A stretch of 62,194 bases of DNA, the filler included, from Collodictyon triciliatum (Eukaryota): the NCBI GenBank assembly GCA_043381765.1. It is 6 parts of 6 records of this genome, joined end to end, with 100 filler letters (N's around TTAATTAATTAA, not from the genome) between each part and the next. Parts side by side here need not be neighbours in the genome. Positions count along the whole stretch, not along the records: positions 40,571 to 62,194 come from JBHJMP010000045.1; 5 more parts are not named here. One strand, 5' to 3'. The notes under the pieces are model-generated. The model did no database searches and was not told the DNA's origin. It saw nothing but the letters and a program-made list of their open reading frames with translations. Below are positions 60,301 to 62,194 of the stretch, piece after piece (within the stretch, counting starts at the first letter, position 1; every line of letters starts with the position of its first letter). Position numbers and translations under genes: made by a program.

Positions 60301-60485
60301 TGCTTGTTTCCGATAAAAAAAAAGTCTTCATAACCTATTTCATGTCAAAGTGCATTAATCTAGAGGCCACTTCTGAAACATACAATGAACAGGGAAACCA
60401 ACGCAACAAGCCGCATTCCAATTCAACTCTGGAACCTTTGGTAAGCCTCCTGGCAAATGTGAGTTACTCTCATTTGATTATATAA
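52322..60485 (+). CDS. Nup214/Nup159-like nucleoporin (N-terminal propeller, central helical region, S/T/P-rich Phe/FG tail); 3' end uncertain
   Basis: N-terminal GNFLAASKLHGVAF resembles the first-blade motif of Nup214. Many short GT-AG exons follow, then a ~2.2-kb low-complexity exon with spaced Phe and FG motifs (GFFGG, SGFGFTFG, SGFGSMSGFGSMGSFG). Confidence 0.65.
52518..52839 (+). repeat. Compound intronic repeats (TTCTCTCTCTTT)n + (TACTATTAT)n
   Basis: Two adjacent tandem arrays in the first intron. Confidence 0.9.
54676..54779 (+). repeat. (TTTTAC)n intronic microsatellite
   Basis: Perfect hexamer array before an N gap. Confidence 0.95.
57862..57963 (+). repeat. (ATTTT)n intronic microsatellite
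   Basis: Pentamer array. Confidence 0.9.
59041..59469 (+). repeat. Coding minisatellite, 54/72-nt units (PATTNSPFQISASSTTNP)
   Basis: Six near-identical copies plus one degenerate copy; some carry a PAKPNx extension. Confidence 0.93.
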
Positions 60486-61181
60486 TTTCTTGCTTTCCGT
60501 GTCTTAAGTGTGTCTGTTTATTTTGTTTATTATGTGTATTTTGTTTATTTTGCTCTTCTCTGTACCAGTTTTTGTTTCGTGATATGCAAGATTTCTCTAG
60601 AGGAAAAAGAAGAAAAGAAATGGAAAGGACGTTGTGTGAATCTTGCAATCAAATATTTGAACAAATAAAATAGATTTTCTCGAATGCGAATGATCTTTTT
60701 TTTTCCCTCGACTAGGATTGTGTAATTGCACGATTAAGACCAGAACTACATCTTAAAGGAGGATATATCCAAAGACAACAAGCGTGAAGGACACTAACCA
60801 CTAAAATACGATAAAACTGAAAACCAAACATTGGGTGCTATCATTGGGTCGTGTCTCGTTTTACATGCTCGAATCCAACAAAACAAAAACAAAAAAAATT
60901 CAGTCAGACTCTTTTGTGTGTTTCGTTGATGGGGACAGAGTGGACTGGATGATGGAGTAATATGAGTTTCTGACAGAATCCACCACAGTATGCAGTGTCA
61001 CTACCTAACAGACAGAGTGATTTAGATTAAAAAAATAAAATAAGAAAATAGCAAGGTTAAAAAGAAATGTATTGTCATCTCATTCATTACAAAAGAAACA
61101 TAGGGTCGAGATGGCTCAATCATTCAATCGTAGGACAAACTTATTCATACAAGACTAGAGAAATGCCAACAGGTAGGTTCG

Positions 61182-61931
61182 TTATTGAATGTATCCAAGA
61201 TTATGTTTGGTGAAGGAAATCAATAAAATATAATTATTCCCATCGCAGTCACAATCTGACGAGGAAAGGGATGGAAAAGAGAAAGAGATGGCATAATCAT
61301 AAGCAAGTGCAGAATTGACCTCATCGCGCAACGCTGTTCGTTCCAAGAGCAAGTCCTGAATCTGTGACTCGTGTAGCACGGTTTGCGACCTCAGATGATC
61401 CAACTCCTGCTCCTGCTCCTCCGCTATCTGCTGCCACATGCACAACATCTGATGGATATGACCCATCTGCGCCTGAAGAGACTCTCTTTGTGTGGCATCG
61501 CCAGCCTCATTCATCACCGCCCTCGCACGCACGAGTCTGCGGTGATTCTGGCAACAACGACTCAGACGCCCCTCCAATCGTCCGAGCTGCTGATTCAAGA
61601 CTCTGTCTGTCTGGTTGACTTGCTGCATCATGTCCATGGACCAAGTCTGAATCCACACTTCGAGCGGGCTGCTTTTCGGTATCTGATTCAGGCTGCCACA
61701 AGTATCTGAGCTGATGCTGGAAAGCGAAAGAATGGTTTCGTCTCGGTGCAGATTGGCGCTTCGTTGGGTGCTGCTGCGCATTTGCGTCGAGGTTGTTTGT
61801 GTCTGTGTTTGGCTTTGGCTTTGCGTTTGAGTTTGGCGTAGGTATTTGCGACGAAGGGAGAGCGCAAGTTCCAGAGCGGCTTGTGTTTGTGACGGGAAAG
61901 TTGTATCTGGTGCGATTTTGCTTGGGTCCAT
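61182..61931 (-). CDS. Unassigned coiled-coil protein (probably spliced at its 3' end)
   Basis: 249-aa ATG-initiated GC-richer ORF with a Q/T-rich linker and heptad-rich middle; sequence beyond it shows splice-like signals. Confidence 0.6.
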   Translation of the reverse strand: MDPSKIAPDTTFPSQTQAALELALSLRRKYLRQTQTQSQSQTQTQTTSTQMRSSTQRSANLHRDETILSLSSISSDTCGSLNQIPKSSPLEVWIQTWSMDMMQQVNQTDRVLNQQLGRLEGRLSRCCQNHRRLVRARAVMNEAGDATQRESLQAQMGHIHQMLCMWQQIAEEQEQELDHLRSQTVLHESQIQDLLLERTALRDEVNSALAYDYAISFSFPSLSSSDCDCDGNNYILLISFTKHNLGYIQ

Positions 61932-62038
61932 CGCGTCTTCCTTTCACCTTTTTTTTGTTTTTCCTATTTCTGTTATCTCTGGCTGTTTGATTGGGTGCCT
62001 CAGCCAACAGATTTTTCACTCTTTTATCTTTTCTCTTT

Positions 62039-62194
62039 ATTCTTTTTTTATTCTTTTTTTATTCTTTTTTTATTCTTTTTTTATTCTTTTTTTATTCTTT
62101 TTTTATTCTTTTTTTATTCTTTTTTATTCTTTTTTTATTCTTTTTTTATTCTTTTTTTATTCTTTTTTATTCTTTTTTATTCTTTTTTTATTCT
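62039..62194 (+). repeat. (TTCTTTTTTTA)n tandem repeat
   Basis: 11-bp unit array running to the window end. Confidence 0.9.

Overview
AT-rich, intron-dense eukaryotic DNA, most likely amoebozoan (the G-protein gamma subunit closely resembles the Dictyostelium type). It is not one contiguous locus: five artificial N44-TTAATTAATTAA-N44 six-frame-stop linkers join six scaffolds (1-6548, 6649-15008, 15109-23922, 24023-32889, 32990-40470, 40571-62194), so neighbourhoods across linkers carry no information. Recognisable spliced genes: NOG1 (partial), an HSF-type transcription factor, GCN5 (partial), a CNNM/DUF21-CBS protein, Aladin/AAAS (partial), NLE1/Rsa4, a G-gamma subunit, an LRR/Cys-rich/multi-TM receptor, a Nup214/Nup159-like nucleoporin, and three unassigned helical or coiled-coil genes. 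Highlights: (1) a decayed, intronless Fanzor1-type (eukaryotic TnpB-like) RNA-guided nuclease at 98-2066 that keeps its RuvC D-E-D residues and overlaps a multi-stem, omegaRNA-like 3' structure (2005-2126); (2) eleven consecutive 69-nt, phase-1, one-LRR-per-exon cassettes with variable surface residues in the receptor gene; (3) several GC-AG introns; (4) a G-gamma ending in -CC rather than CaaX; (5) a probable LINE ORF1 relic. All assignments come from manual reading and remembered family motifs; no searches or folding programs were run.
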